DNA of 61,055 nucleotides, filler included, from 5 parts of 5 records of this genome joined end to end with filler, not necessarily neighbours in it, one strand, 5' to 3'; shown: positions 1 through 11,500, numbered from the whole stretch's first letter. Notes: generated by a model from the letters alone, not told the origin. Made by a program: numbers and translations.

Positions 1-191
1 AAATATAGAATCCTTTTTTGTTTAAAAAAAGCCAATCCCAATTATTTTTTCAAAAAATATCAAATTACCAAATTTAAAGAATTGTATTTTTTTACTTACC
101 TTATAGCTTATTGATGACATAAATTAGGATTAAACAGTATGAGTTTGTATAAAGATTTTGCTTAGTTTTTTATATTTAAATAATTCTTAAG

Positions 192-199
192 TATCTTTG
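192..199 (+). promoter_or_regulatory. Bacteroidetes housekeeping -7 promoter element (TAnnTTTG)
   Basis: TATCTTTG upstream of ORF 311; a similar TATTTTTG lies at 740-747 upstream of ORF 863. Confidence 0.5.
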
Positions 200-310
200 C
201 GTCAATTTTTAAGTATTGACTTACATCTCACCTTATTAGTGTCGTATTTTAATACAAGGAGAGCCTATTAAAAAAGTAGGGTTCTCCCTATATTTATTAT
301 CAAAAAATTT

Positions 311-697
311 ATGCCCCAATCAATGAAAAAATTTGAACTGGAATACGTACTTCAAGCTTCTCAAAAAGTTATTTTCGATAGATTAAGCAGTGCAAGTGGT
401 CTATCTGAGTGGTTTGCTGACGATGTAAATCAAAAAGGAAAAGTTTATACTTTTTTCTGGGATGGCTCAGAACAACAAGCCGAACTGCTATCAAAAAAAG
501 ACAATCGATTAATTCGATTCCATTGGTTGGATAGCGAAGACGACGAGAGCTTTTTTGAATTTAGAATTGAAATTGATGCTCTAACCAACGATTTATCATT
601 GATTATTACCGACTTTGCAGAAGAGGATGAAATCGATGAGAGTATTGAACTTTGGGATTCCCAAATTTCAGAATTAAAACATGTTTTAGGTATATGA
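311..697 (+). CDS. START-like/SRPBCC domain protein (Bacteroidetes type)
   Basis: 128-aa ORF with 'LSEWFADDV..G..YTFFWDG' pattern typical of Bacteroidetes START-like proteins; alternative start at 323. Confidence 0.8.
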   Translation: MPQSMKKFELEYVLQASQKVIFDRLSSASGLSEWFADDVNQKGKVYTFFWDGSEQQAELLSKKDNRLIRFHWLDSEDDESFFEFRIEIDALTNDLSLIITDFAEEDEIDESIELWDSQISELKHVLGI

Positions 698-862
698 TTT
701 TTTAACACATCATATCGCCAAATCCTGAATAAAATAGCTTATTTTTGTAAGCTTGAGAGACCAGTTTCTTCATGTAATTGGTCTTTTTTAGCTTATTGTT
801 TTTTACTATTGATGAAATCAGCAATCTATTTTTATTGTTGATATCAACCAAAATATTCTGGA

Positions 863-2326
863 ATGAAACGATTACATTCATTTATACTTAAAAGTTTTCT
901 AGGTCCGTTAACCTTTACCTTCTTCATCTGTATGTTTGTTCTCCTAATGCAATTTTTATGGAGATATATCGATGAGTTGGTTGGAAAAGGTTTGGAATGG
1001 ATCGTTATAGGTGAATTTTTGTTTTATGTTTCGGCAACTCTAGTTCCAATGGCATTACCATTAGCAATTTTACTTGCTTCTATTATGACCTTTGGAAACA
1101 TGGGGGAAAATTACGAATTAACCGCAATGAAAGCCGCAGGAATATCCTTACAGAGAATTATGCGACCGCTAATTGTTCTTATTATTTGTATCAGTTTAAG
1201 TGCATTCTTCTTCGCCAATTACGTAATGCCAATCGCATCACTAAAAACTACTTCCCTCCTTCTCGATATCAAAAAACAAAAACCAGAATTAATTCTAAAG
1301 GAAGGTATTTTCACTAATGATTTGCCAGGATTTAGCATTAAAGTTGGTCCAATAGACAAAGAAACGGGAATGATGCGTGATCTTTTAATTTACGATCATA
1401 GAAAAGGAAAAGGTGATAGAGGTAATACAAATGTAACTGTAGCTGATTCGGGCACAATGGTGACTTCTGAAGACAAACAAAACATGAAGCTAACCTTGTA
1501 TAGTGGTAACATGTATGAGGATGTTCGAGAAAAAGTTAGAGACAAGAAACACCCTTCCCGAAGAATAAAATTTGGAGTTTACGAAACCAATGTACCTCTG
1601 CGAAGCAATAAATTAAAGCGTGGAGATGAAGATCGATACAACAAAAACTACAGAATGCTTAATTTAAAACAATTAAGCCATTCAGAAGATTCCTTAAGCA
1701 CCGAATTAAAAAAATACAAGAGCCGTTTCGTAAAAAGTTTACTTGCCAAACATTATTTCAAAAAAGATGTAAGAAAACTTCGATCAGACTCGATCAAAGT
1801 AAAAGAACTACTTAAAGAAACTAAAGATATTGATTCTCTTTTTCAAGTTATTCCAATGACAAAGCAATTGACATCTATTAGTAATGCTTTAACTTTTGCA
1901 CGTAAAGCAAGGGAAAATTCGTCACGAAAAGAAGGTGAGTTTTTGGTAAAAGAAAAATGGATTAAAAAATTCACCAATGAGTGGCATCGTAAATTCACAT
2001 TGCCATTTGCCTGTATGATATTTTTCTTTATCGGAGCACCTCTAGGAGCGATAATTCGAAAAGGAGGTTTGGGAATGCCAGTAATTATTTCTATCCTATT
2101 CTTTATTTTCTACTATGTCATTTCAATGACAGGAGAAAGAGCAGCGAAACAACTTGTTCTTGACCCAGCTCTTGGTATGTGGATATCATCATTAATAATC
2201 CTTCCGTTAGGGATAGTTTTAACCTATAAAGCAACAACTGATTCGGCTGTTTTCAATATTGAAAATTATATTGATTTCTTTAAAAAGATTAATCCATTGC
2301 AATTCTTCAAAAAGAAAAATGCGTAA
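863..2326 (+). CDS. LptF/LptG (YjgP/YjgQ) family LPS export permease
   Basis: N-terminal TM segments, 'GNMGENYELTAMKAAGIS', 'EWHRKF', 'GAPLGAIIRKGGLG'. Confidence 0.9.
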   Translation: MKRLHSFILKSFLGPLTFTFFICMFVLLMQFLWRYIDELVGKGLEWIVIGEFLFYVSATLVPMALPLAILLASIMTFGNMGENYELTAMKAAGISLQRIMRPLIVLIICISLSAFFFANYVMPIASLKTTSLLLDIKKQKPELILKEGIFTNDLPGFSIKVGPIDKETGMMRDLLIYDHRKGKGDRGNTNVTVADSGTMVTSEDKQNMKLTLYSGNMYEDVREKVRDKKHPSRRIKFGVYETNVPLRSNKLKRGDEDRYNKNYRMLNLKQLSHSEDSLSTELKKYKSRFVKSLLAKHYFKKDVRKLRSDSIKVKELLKETKDIDSLFQVIPMTKQLTSISNALTFARKARENSSRKEGEFLVKEKWIKKFTNEWHRKFTLPFACMIFFFIGAPLGAIIRKGGLGMPVIISILFFIFYYVISMTGERAAKQLVLDPALGMWISSLIILPLGIVLTYKATTDSAVFNIENYIDFFKKINPLQFFKKKNA

Positions 2327-2789
2327 ATTCATTATTTTATACACAATTAGCACATTCTTACTGTTTTCATCCTGTAGCAATAATAAAACTGTAGATGAAA
2401 ATCAAATCGTAAACCTGATAGACGATTGGCATCAGGCAGCAGCTAATGCAAAACTGGACACCTATTTCGATTTAATGAGTAAAGACGCCATTTACATTGG
2501 AACAGATCCTGGCGAAAGATGGACAAAGGAAGAATTTCATCAATTTTGCAAACCCTATTTTGACAAAGGAACTACCTGGAATTTTAAACCTTTTGATCGA
2601 AAAATATATCTTTCATCTGATAAAAAAACCATTTGGTTCGATGAACTTTTAGATACATGGATGGGTGTGTGCAGAGGTTCTGGTGTTATAATTATAGAAG
2701 ATGAACAATACAAAATCTCACATTATCATCTTTCCGTAACAGTTAAAAATGAAAGCATAAAAGAGTTTTTACAAATAAAACAAAACTAA
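2319..2789 (+). CDS. SnoaL/NTF2-like lipoprotein
   Basis: Start re-set to MRKFIIL; lipobox LFSSC; 'DWHQAAA..YF..IGTDPGERW..WFDELLDTWMG.CRGSG'. Confidence 0.8.
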   Translation: MRKFIILYTISTFLLFSSCSNNKTVDENQIVNLIDDWHQAAANAKLDTYFDLMSKDAIYIGTDPGERWTKEEFHQFCKPYFDKGTTWNFKPFDRKIYLSSDKKTIWFDELLDTWMGVCRGSGVIIIEDEQYKISHYHLSVTVKNESIKEFLQIKQN

Positions 2790-2790
2790 T

Positions 2791-2958
2791 ATGTTTGATG
2801 ATTTAAAACCAGATATAGATTACTATATGAGTCCTGATGGATATCGTATTCTCACCAAAAAATATTTAACTGAAAGAGGTTATTGCTGCGGAAATGGATG
2901 CAAACATTGTCCGTATCATCCAAAGCATACAAAAGGAAACACAACAATTAAAGAGTAA
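2791..2958 (+). CDS. Small Cys-rich protein (DUF5522-like)
   Basis: 55-aa ORF missing from the ORF track: MFDDLKPDIDYY...RGYCCGNGCKHCPY. Confidence 0.8.
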   Translation: MFDDLKPDIDYYMSPDGYRILTKKYLTERGYCCGNGCKHCPYHPKHTKGNTTIKE

Positions 2959-2961
2959 GTT

Positions 2962-3918
2962 ATGAGTTTGAGAATTGTATATATGGGAACTCCCGATTTT
3001 GCCGTAGCTCCTTTAGAAGCATTATTAAATGCTGGATGCAATGTAGTTGGCGTTGTAACCAATCCTGATAAACCTGCCGGTAGAGGTCAAAAAATACAAG
3101 AAGCTGCAGTTAAAAAATTTGCCATTTCAAAAGGATTAAAAATTCTTCAGCCTGAAAAATTTAGAAATGAAGAATTTTTGAATGATCTTAAAGTTCTTGA
3201 AGCCGATTTACAAGTAGTCGTTGCATTTAAAATGTTACCCGAAGTGGTTTGGAACATGCCAAAGTATGGAACATTAAATCTACATGCATCTCTCCTACCT
3301 CAATATCGAGGAGCAGCTCCTATCAACTGGGCAATTATTAATGGCGATAAAGAAACTGGTGTTTCAACCTTTCTTTTGCAGCACGAAATTGATACCGGAA
3401 ATATTCTATTTCAAGAAAAAACAAACATTGGCGAAAATGACAATGCTGAAGTTATTCATGACAAATTAATGAATATTGGTTCTGAGCTTGTAGTAAAAAC
3501 AGTAAAAGCGATTGAAGCTGAAGACTACCCTCAAATTCCACAAGAAAGTTTAGATACAGAAACTTTAAAATCTGCACCAAAAATTTTCAAGGAAAATTGC
3601 AAAATCGATTGGTCTAAAAATATTGATTCCATTCACAATTTAATAAGAGGTTTAAGTCCGTATCCTGCAGCCTGGACAGAATTAGTTCCAAATGAGGAAG
3701 GAAAAAATATCGGGTTAAAAGTATTTGGAACAACCAAAGAAATTGTTTCACACCAACATAAAACTGGAAGCCTGCATACCGACGGAAAAACACACTTAAA
3801 AGTGGCTGTTGATGGTGGATATATATCTATTAATATGTTACAACAAGCCGGCAAAAAGAGAATGAAAGTAGAAGATTTTCTTCGTGGATTTCAACAAATA
3901 TCCAACTATCATTTATAA
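2962..3918 (+). CDS. fmt: Methionyl-tRNA formyltransferase
   Basis: 'YMGTPDFA', 'NLHASLLPQYRGAAPINWA', 'IDTG'. Confidence 0.97.
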   Translation: MSLRIVYMGTPDFAVAPLEALLNAGCNVVGVVTNPDKPAGRGQKIQEAAVKKFAISKGLKILQPEKFRNEEFLNDLKVLEADLQVVVAFKMLPEVVWNMPKYGTLNLHASLLPQYRGAAPINWAIINGDKETGVSTFLLQHEIDTGNILFQEKTNIGENDNAEVIHDKLMNIGSELVVKTVKAIEAEDYPQIPQESLDTETLKSAPKIFKENCKIDWSKNIDSIHNLIRGLSPYPAAWTELVPNEEGKNIGLKVFGTTKEIVSHQHKTGSLHTDGKTHLKVAVDGGYISINMLQQAGKKRMKVEDFLRGFQQISNYHL

Positions 3919-3923
3919 ATTTC

Positions 3924-3954
3924 AAAGGAAGCTTTTAAAAGCTTCCTTTTTTTT
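3924..3954 (+). terminator. Rho-independent terminator
   Basis: aaaggaagctt-ttaa-aagcttccttt followed by a T-run after fmt. Confidence 0.8.
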
Positions 3955-4206
3955 CGCTTACCAAAAAAAAAAGAGTTCTCACCAATAATTCTTTTATTTT
4001 CGAAAACCTTTTCGTAAATTTTATATAGTGTAATAAGACTCCGAAAAATATTCGGTCCCAACTCCCAAATCACTTCTTACACAAAACTTAAATCACAATT
4101 TATCCTCTCATCTCTTTTATAAGAGACTGATTCTATTTTGCGCCTCGATTACACATTAAAATTGATCGAATTGCTGTAATACCTTACATACCTAAATCTC
4201 AAAATT

Positions 4207-5991
4207 ATGGTTACGCGCATTTTTGATTTACTAGATAATTACAGGAATAATTTCCTAGATAAAACAGATGCATTTGCAAAAAAGGAAAATGGTGAATGGC
4301 ATAGTTATTCTACGAAGCAATATCTCAACTATTCCAACTTGATGAGTTATGCATTTTTGGACAAAAATATTTCCAAAGGAGACAAAGTAATCTCCATATC
4401 AAATAATCGTCCGGAATGGAATTTTTTAGATATGGCTTTGGCTCAAATTGGTGCTGTTCATGTTCCTTTGTATCCAACAATCAGTCCAAAAAGTTACGAT
4501 TTCATTATCAGGCATTGCGAACCCATTGCCATTTTCATCTCAGATCATCATCTGTACAAAAAGATTGCTCCATTATTAGAAGATCATCCATCTGTAAAAT
4601 ATGTATTTGCATTTGATAAGATTAATTCTGCAACTCACTGGACCAAACTTCTCGAAGTTGGAGAGGAAGTTAAAGAAAAACAATCTGAACGCTTATTGGA
4701 ACTAAAAAAGAGCATTCAGCCAAATGATTTATTAACTATCATTTACACATCTGGCACGACAGGAAATCCAAAAGGAGTAATGCTATCTCATAAAAATTTC
4801 ACAAGCAATGTTTTGGCATCAGCAGCACGATTGATTCTAAATTCCAATCACAAATGCTTGAGTTTTTTACCTATCAATCATGTGTATGAACGCATGGTGA
4901 ATTATCAATATCAGTATAAAGGAATTAGTATTTACTATGCCGAAAGCATGGAAACTATTGGTGATAATTTAAGAAAATTAAAACCTCATGGCTTTGCAAC
5001 TGTTCCGCGATTATTAGAAAAAGTCTATGATAAAATTATGGCTAAGGGAAAAAGTCTTCCCTTCCTTAAAAAATCAATTTTTATGTGGGCGGTTAATCTA
5101 GGACAGAAATTTGAATTGAATGGTAGTAATGGTTGGTGGTACAGTTTCAAATTAGGCATAGCGCGTAAATTAATCTTTAGCAAATGGCAAGAAGCACTTG
5201 GTGGAAACATCCTATTTATGTGTTCGGGAGGTGCTGCCCTTCAGGTTCGATTGGAAAGATTGTTTTGGGCAGCTGGAATACCTGTACAGGAAGGCTATGG
5301 ATTAACTGAAACCTCACCCATAATTGCTGCAAATCAAAACGCTTATCCCGATGTAAAATTTGGTACAGTAGGTCCTGTTTTGGAAGGTGTAGAGGTAAAA
5401 ATAGCCGAAGATGGAGAGATACTGGCTCGAGGTCCAAACATTATGCTCGGCTATTATAAAAATCCTGAATTAACCAAAGAAGTAATTGATGAAGATGGAT
5501 GGTTTCATACCGGCGATATTGGCTGCATGGTTGAGAATCGATTCCTTAAAATCACAGATCGAAAGAAAGAAATATTCAAAACATCAGGTGGAATTTACAT
5601 TGCACCACAGGTAATAGAGAACAAATTAAAGGAATCTCCATTTATTGATCAGGCGATTGTTATAGGTGAATTCCGAAGATTTCCAGCAGTAATTATATCA
5701 CCCGATTTTGAATTTCTGAAAGAGTACTGCAAACGTAAAAAACTGGAATTTGGCAGTCCTGAAAAGATCATTGAAAGTGAACGAATTCAAATGAGAATTT
5801 GGAAAGAAGTTGAGAAGACCAACGTTAATCTAGACAGACCTAAAAAAATTAAAACTTGCCGATTGGTACCGGATGTTTGGACTCCCGATAGCGATGAACT
5901 ATCTCCAACTCTTAAATTAAAACGTAAAGTTTTAAAAACTAAATACGAACATTTGATACAAGATATCTATGCTTATGAAGAATCGGAGTAA
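4207..5991 (+). CDS. fadD: Long-chain fatty acid-CoA ligase
   Basis: AMP-binding 'YTSGTTGNPKG', 'GYGLTET', 'WFHTGD', 'PTLKLKR'. Confidence 0.9.
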   Translation: MVTRIFDLLDNYRNNFLDKTDAFAKKENGEWHSYSTKQYLNYSNLMSYAFLDKNISKGDKVISISNNRPEWNFLDMALAQIGAVHVPLYPTISPKSYDFIIRHCEPIAIFISDHHLYKKIAPLLEDHPSVKYVFAFDKINSATHWTKLLEVGEEVKEKQSERLLELKKSIQPNDLLTIIYTSGTTGNPKGVMLSHKNFTSNVLASAARLILNSNHKCLSFLPINHVYERMVNYQYQYKGISIYYAESMETIGDNLRKLKPHGFATVPRLLEKVYDKIMAKGKSLPFLKKSIFMWAVNLGQKFELNGSNGWWYSFKLGIARKLIFSKWQEALGGNILFMCSGGAALQVRLERLFWAAGIPVQEGYGLTETSPIIAANQNAYPDVKFGTVGPVLEGVEVKIAEDGEILARGPNIMLGYYKNPELTKEVIDEDGWFHTGDIGCMVENRFLKITDRKKEIFKTSGGIYIAPQVIENKLKESPFIDQAIVIGEFRRFPAVIISPDFEFLKEYCKRKKLEFGSPEKIIESERIQMRIWKEVEKTNVNLDRPKKIKTCRLVPDVWTPDSDELSPTLKLKRKVLKTKYEHLIQDIYAYEESE

Positions 5992-6038
5992 TTCTACTCC
6001 AAATCTATTCTCAATTCACACACTATAATAAATAAAAT

Positions 6039-8438
6039 ATGACTCGTAAAATAAGAAAAGTTGCAGTTTTGGGCGCAGGAGTTATGGGTGCCCAAATTGC
6101 CTGTCATTTTGCAAATGTAGGCACAGAAGTTCTTCTTCTTGACATGCCTCCAAAAGAACTAAACGCAAGTGAAAACAAAGCCGGTTTGTCTCTTAATCAT
6201 CCAAAAGTTCGAAATCGAATTGTAAATGAGCTGTACAACAAAGCCATTAAATTAAAGCCTGCACCTCTTTATCTAAAAACATTTGCGAATAGAATTTCCA
6301 TTGGAAATTTTGAAGATGACTTACACAAAATATCCGATTGCGATTGGATAATTGAAGTGATTGTTGAAAACCTAAAAATCAAACAGGAATTCTATGCTAA
6401 AATAGAAGAATACCGAAAACCCAGGTCTATTATTTCAAGTAATACTTCCGGTATTCCAATTCAAATGCTTATACATGGTCGATCGGAGGATTTTGCAACT
6501 CATTTTTGTGGAACTCACTTTTTCAATCCTCCTCGATATCTAAAACTTTTAGAAATCATTCCTTCACCTAAAACAAGCCAGGAAATAATTGATTTTATAA
6601 CTGATTTTGGGGAACGATTCCTTGGTAAATCTGTTGTTATCTGTAAAGATACTCCAGCATTTATTGCCAATCGTGTTGGCGTGTATTCGATGATGTCAGT
6701 TTTCCATTTAATAGATGAGTTCGGATTTTCAGTTGAAGAAATCGATAAACTAACGGGACCTATTATAGGCAGAGCCAAATCAGCAACTTTCCGTACTTGC
6801 GATGTAGTTGGATTAGATACGCTCGTTTTTGTTGCTCAAAACTTGCAAAAAGCATTACCAAACGATGAAGGCATTGATGTTTTTCAAATACCTGATTTCA
6901 TAAAACAGATGATGGGCAATCAATGGCTGGGAACAAAAACCGGACAAGGATTCTACAAAAAAGTGAAAGTTAATGGCAAAAGTGAAATCAAGAGTCTTAA
7001 CCTCAATAACTTTGAATATCAGGACAAACAAAAAGTCAAATTTGCAGAATTCGAAGCTGCAAAAGCCGTTCCTCATCTTAACAATCGATTCAAAGTATTA
7101 CTAAAAGGCAACAGCCAGGTAAACCAATTCTACCAGAAGCTATTTTTTGGATTGTTTGCCTATGTTTCGAATAAGATGCCAGAAATAAGCGACGAGCTAT
7201 ACAAAATTGATGAAGCCATTTGTTCTGGTTTTGCCTGGGAAATGGGACCATTCGAAATTTGGGAAAGCGTAGGAATTAAAGAAACACTCCCAATTATGGA
7301 AGCCATGGGATTTAAAGCTGCCAATTGGGTTTATAACATGGTTCAGGATGACTTAAGTTTTTATCAACTGAAAAATGGCAACAAACAATACTACGATGTT
7401 AATACAAACCAATATCAAACCATACCAGGCACAGAAAAGCTCTTACTACTCAATAATCTTCGACCTTCAAATACCCTTTGGAGCAATGAAGGGGCAAGCA
7501 TAATCGATTTGGGAGATGGTGTTATCAACCTTGAATTTCACACAAAAATGAACACCATTGGTAGCGAAATCATTCAAGGAATCAATAAGGCATTGGAATT
7601 GGCAGAATCGGATCATAAAGCTCTGATTATCTCTAATGAAGGAGAAAATTTCTCTGCTGGTGCCAACATTGGTTTAGTATTTATGCTAGCCATTGAACAA
7701 GAATTTGAGGAGTTAGATATGGTGGTACGTACCTTTCAAAACACCATGTTAAAACTTAAATATGCATCTGTTCCTGTAATTGCTGCGCCACATGGAATGA
7801 GTTTAGGTGGAGGATGTGAAATTTGCATGCACACCGATAAGGTAATTGCTCATGCTGAGACCTATATGGGATTAGTGGAATTGGGAGTTGGAGTTATACC
7901 CGCTGGAGGTGGAACCAAAGAGTTTGCCTACCGATTATCAAAAGAGATTACGCAGGATGATATCAGAACAAACCGTTTCCGTGATAAATTCTTAAGCATA
8001 GGACAAGCCAAAGTCTCCACGTCGGCTTATGAGGCATTCGAACTGGGATACTTGCGAAAAGATGTTGATGAAGTAATTGTAAGTAAGAAGCATCAACTGA
8101 GCTATGCAAAAAAAGCTGCTTTACTAATGATAGAAAAAGGCTATACTCCTCCTCTGCCAACCAAAGACATAACAGTATTGGGAAGTGAAGGTCTGGCTTT
8201 GGTTTATTCTGGAGCAGATGGAATGGAGGTTGGAAATTACATCTCAGAATACGACAAGTTTCTTTCAATTGAATTGGGTAAGGTGCTTAGCGGTGGAGAA
8301 TTAAGCGAACCAACAAAAGTCTCAGAAAACTACCTGTTAAATTTAGAAAGAGTGGCATTTGTAAAACTTTGCCAACAAAAGAAAACCTTGGAACGCATGC
8401 AAAGCTTGCTGCAAAAAGGTAAAATCCTTCGCAATTAA
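6039..8438 (+). CDS. fadN: 3-hydroxyacyl-CoA dehydrogenase/enoyl-CoA hydratase (FadN type)
   Basis: 'GAGVMG', 'SNTSG', 'HFFNPP', C-terminal crotonase 'GGGCE'; 799 aa. Confidence 0.88.
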   Translation: MTRKIRKVAVLGAGVMGAQIACHFANVGTEVLLLDMPPKELNASENKAGLSLNHPKVRNRIVNELYNKAIKLKPAPLYLKTFANRISIGNFEDDLHKISDCDWIIEVIVENLKIKQEFYAKIEEYRKPRSIISSNTSGIPIQMLIHGRSEDFATHFCGTHFFNPPRYLKLLEIIPSPKTSQEIIDFITDFGERFLGKSVVICKDTPAFIANRVGVYSMMSVFHLIDEFGFSVEEIDKLTGPIIGRAKSATFRTCDVVGLDTLVFVAQNLQKALPNDEGIDVFQIPDFIKQMMGNQWLGTKTGQGFYKKVKVNGKSEIKSLNLNNFEYQDKQKVKFAEFEAAKAVPHLNNRFKVLLKGNSQVNQFYQKLFFGLFAYVSNKMPEISDELYKIDEAICSGFAWEMGPFEIWESVGIKETLPIMEAMGFKAANWVYNMVQDDLSFYQLKNGNKQYYDVNTNQYQTIPGTEKLLLLNNLRPSNTLWSNEGASIIDLGDGVINLEFHTKMNTIGSEIIQGINKALELAESDHKALIISNEGENFSAGANIGLVFMLAIEQEFEELDMVVRTFQNTMLKLKYASVPVIAAPHGMSLGGGCEICMHTDKVIAHAETYMGLVELGVGVIPAGGGTKEFAYRLSKEITQDDIRTNRFRDKFLSIGQAKVSTSAYEAFELGYLRKDVDEVIVSKKHQLSYAKKAALLMIEKGYTPPLPTKDITVLGSEGLALVYSGADGMEVGNYISEYDKFLSIELGKVLSGGELSEPTKVSENYLLNLERVAFVKLCQQKKTLERMQSLLQKGKILRN

Positions 8439-8467
8439 ACTCTTTACTAACCTTAAAAACCAAAATT

Positions 8468-9643
8468 ATGAACGCATATATAGTAGCTGCATACAGAACC
8501 GCGGTTGGCAAAGCCAAGAAAGGAAAACTTCGCCTCATCAGACCAGATGATATGGCTGCACGAGTGGTTCAACATATCATGAAGCATACGCCAAATTTAA
8601 GTCCTCTGATGATTGATGATGTAATTGTTGGAAATGCCACTCCTGAGGCTGAACAAGGCTTAAATATAGGTAGAATGATTGCTTTAATGGGATTGGATAA
8701 TATTCGTGTTCCTGGCATGACTGTGAATAGATACTGTTCTTCTGGACTTGAAACTATTGCAATTGCAGCTTCGAAAATTGAAGCCGGATTGGCAGATTGT
8801 ATTTTGGCAGGTGGTGTGGAAATGATGTCGCTGATGCCAATGGGTGGTTGGCGATTGGTTCCAAATTTAGGAATTGCCAAATCGAACCCCGATTGGTATT
8901 GGAACATGGGGATCACAGCAGAAGCTCTTCAAAAAAAATACAATATTTCTCGTGGCGAACAGGACGAATTTGCATTTCATTCCCACCGTAAAGCATTGGA
9001 AGCACTCGCTCAAAATCGCTTTGCTGATGAAATTGTTCCTATCACGCTTACCGAGACATTTGTGAATAGTAAAGATAAAGCTGAAAGTGAAGAGCATGTT
9101 GTTGCCACTGATGAAGGTCCTAGGGCGGATACTAGCGTAAAAGGATTATCAAAACTACGACCTGTTTTTGCTCAGGGAGGTACTGTTACTGCAGGTAATT
9201 CATCTCAAACCTCTGATGGTGCAGCATTTGTTTTGGTTGTGTCTGAAAAAATGCTGAAACAATTAAATGTACAACCTATTGCTCGCTTTGTATCTTATTC
9301 TGTTGCAGGTGTAGAACCAAAACACATGGGAATTGGACCTGTTGAAGCCATTCCAAAAGCATTGAAACGAGCAGGAATGAAAATGAATCAGATTGAACAA
9401 ATTGAGTTGAATGAAGCATTCGCTGTTCAGGCTTTATCGGTAATGAAAGAATTAGACCTGAACCCAGAAATCACCAACGTAAATGGAGGAGCAATTGCCT
9501 TAGGACATCCTTTGGGTTGCACAGGAACAAAGCTTACGGTTCAATTGTTACATGAAATGAGGAAGAGAAAACAAAAATATGGCATGGTTACCATGTGTGT
9601 CGGATCAGGACAAGGTGCTGCCGGAATATTCGAATTAATGTGA
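8468..9643 (+). CDS. fadA: Acetyl-CoA C-acyltransferase (thiolase)
   Basis: 'NRYCSSG', 'NEAFA', 'GHPLG', 'CVGSGQG'. Confidence 0.92.
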   Translation: MNAYIVAAYRTAVGKAKKGKLRLIRPDDMAARVVQHIMKHTPNLSPLMIDDVIVGNATPEAEQGLNIGRMIALMGLDNIRVPGMTVNRYCSSGLETIAIAASKIEAGLADCILAGGVEMMSLMPMGGWRLVPNLGIAKSNPDWYWNMGITAEALQKKYNISRGEQDEFAFHSHRKALEALAQNRFADEIVPITLTETFVNSKDKAESEEHVVATDEGPRADTSVKGLSKLRPVFAQGGTVTAGNSSQTSDGAAFVLVVSEKMLKQLNVQPIARFVSYSVAGVEPKHMGIGPVEAIPKALKRAGMKMNQIEQIELNEAFAVQALSVMKELDLNPEITNVNGGAIALGHPLGCTGTKLTVQLLHEMRKRKQKYGMVTMCVGSGQGAAGIFELM

Positions 9644-9715
9644 ACTGATTAATACTTAATCATTAATGACATTAACCATTTAACATTGATCACTAATCAT
9701 TAAACATTGACAAAC

Positions 9716-11500
9716 ATGGAAAAGATAAAAACTGTAAAAGGCGGACAATTCCTGGTAAAAGAAACAATGCCACAAGATATTTTTATTCCAGAAGAAATTT
9801 CGGAAGAGCAAAAAATGATCATAGATACCTGTCGTGATTTTCAGGAGAAGGAGATTTATCCGCTTCAGGACAGAATAGATAACCAGGAAGAAGGATTAAT
9901 GACTTCTTTAATGGACAAAGCAGGAGAATTAGGCTTACTGGGCATTTCAGTTCCTGAAGAATACGGAGGATTTGGTCAGGATATGAATACCGCGATGTTG
10001 AGCACTGAAATAATGGGAACTTACAGTTCTTTTGCTGTGGCTTATGCTGCTCATGTTGGCATTGGTACACTCCCAATTCTTTACTATGGTACAACAGAGC
10101 AAAAAGAAAAATATTTGCCCTTGCTGGCAAGTGGCGAATACAAAGGTGCCTACTGTTTGACTGAACCAGGCTCAGGCTCTGATGCCAATTCGGGAAAAAG
10201 TAAGGTTAAACTTTCGGATGATGGATCACATTATATTCTTAATGGGCAAAAAATGTGGATTACAAATGGCGGTTTCGCTGACATTTACACTGTTTTTGCC
10301 AAGATAAATGATGATAAAAACCTAAGTGCTTTTGTTGTGGAAAAAAGCTTTCCTGGAATCAGTCTGGGACAAGAAGAAAAGAAAATGGGCATAAAAGGAT
10401 CATCAACTTGTATGATGTTTTTCGAAGATTGCAAGATACCATTGGGAAACCTTTTAGGAGAGCGTGGTGAAGGATTTAAAATTGCATTAAACATTCTGAA
10501 TAATGGAAGGATTAAATTGGCAGCAGCTGTTTTAGGAGCTGCCAAAAAAGTAATTTCCAATTCGGTTACTTATTCCAATGAACGCATTCAATTTGGAACT
10601 GAGATTGCCAATTTTGGAGCTATTAAATACAAAATGGCAGAACAGTCTATTCGAACCTATACAATTGAATCTGCTATTTATCGCTGCAGTTACGATGTGC
10701 AAAATACCATGCTTCATCTTATGGAAAAAGGCATGCCAAAGGAGAAAGCACTTATTCAAGCTCAAAAGGAATTTGCAGCCGAAGCTGCCATTTTGAAAGT
10801 TGCCAGTTCCGAAGCATTGGATTATGTAGTTGATGAAGGTGTTCAAATTTATGGTGGCATGGGATATTCTGCCGAAGCACCGATGGAACGTGCTTATCGC
10901 GATGCTCGTATCAACAGAATTTTTGAGGGAACCAACGAAATTAATCGTATGCTTACTGTCGACTTTCTATTAAGAAAAGCATTCAAAAATGAATTGCCAT
11001 TACTAAGTGCTTCTCAAAATGTAGCTAAGGAACTGATGTCTATTCCTGATTTTAGTAAAGAGGATACCAGTTTATTAGCTCTTGAAACCAAACTTTCGAT
11101 AGGATTCAAAAAGTGTGCTTTGTTAATTTCTGGTGCAGCTGCTCAAAAATTCATGCAAAAACTAAGTAAAGAACAAGAAATACTAATGAATATCTCTGAT
11201 ATCATCATCGATTGCTACCAGGCTGAATCACTTCTTCTTCGTGTTAAGAAGTTAGTAGATACCAAAGGTGAGGAAGCTTGCCAGGAACAAATCGCCATGT
11301 GTAAGGTTTTCTTTTATGATGCTACCGACCGTATTCATAAAAATGCAAAAGATGCTGCCAACTGCATATCATCGGGTGATGAACTGCGTATGATGCTATT
11401 GGGATTGAAACGCTTTACCAAACACAGCGGTTTAAACAGTAAAGAAGAACGCCGTTTGATTGCTAAAAAACTGATTGAAGAGAATCGATATTGTTTTTAG
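9716..11500 (+). CDS. Acyl-CoA dehydrogenase (FadE/VLCAD-like)
   Basis: 'CLTEPGSGSD', 'NGQKMWITN', 'QIYGGMGY', 'RIFEGTNEI'; ATG at 9716 preferred over TTG at 9707. Confidence 0.92.
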   Translation: MEKIKTVKGGQFLVKETMPQDIFIPEEISEEQKMIIDTCRDFQEKEIYPLQDRIDNQEEGLMTSLMDKAGELGLLGISVPEEYGGFGQDMNTAMLSTEIMGTYSSFAVAYAAHVGIGTLPILYYGTTEQKEKYLPLLASGEYKGAYCLTEPGSGSDANSGKSKVKLSDDGSHYILNGQKMWITNGGFADIYTVFAKINDDKNLSAFVVEKSFPGISLGQEEKKMGIKGSSTCMMFFEDCKIPLGNLLGERGEGFKIALNILNNGRIKLAAAVLGAAKKVISNSVTYSNERIQFGTEIANFGAIKYKMAEQSIRTYTIESAIYRCSYDVQNTMLHLMEKGMPKEKALIQAQKEFAAEAAILKVASSEALDYVVDEGVQIYGGMGYSAEAPMERAYRDARINRIFEGTNEINRMLTVDFLLRKAFKNELPLLSASQNVAKELMSIPDFSKEDTSLLALETKLSIGFKKCALLISGAAAQKFMQKLSKEQEILMNISDIIIDCYQAESLLLRVKKLVDTKGEEACQEQIAMCKVFFYDATDRIHKNAKDAANCISSGDELRMMLLGLKRFTKHSGLNSKEERRLIAKKLIEENRYCF

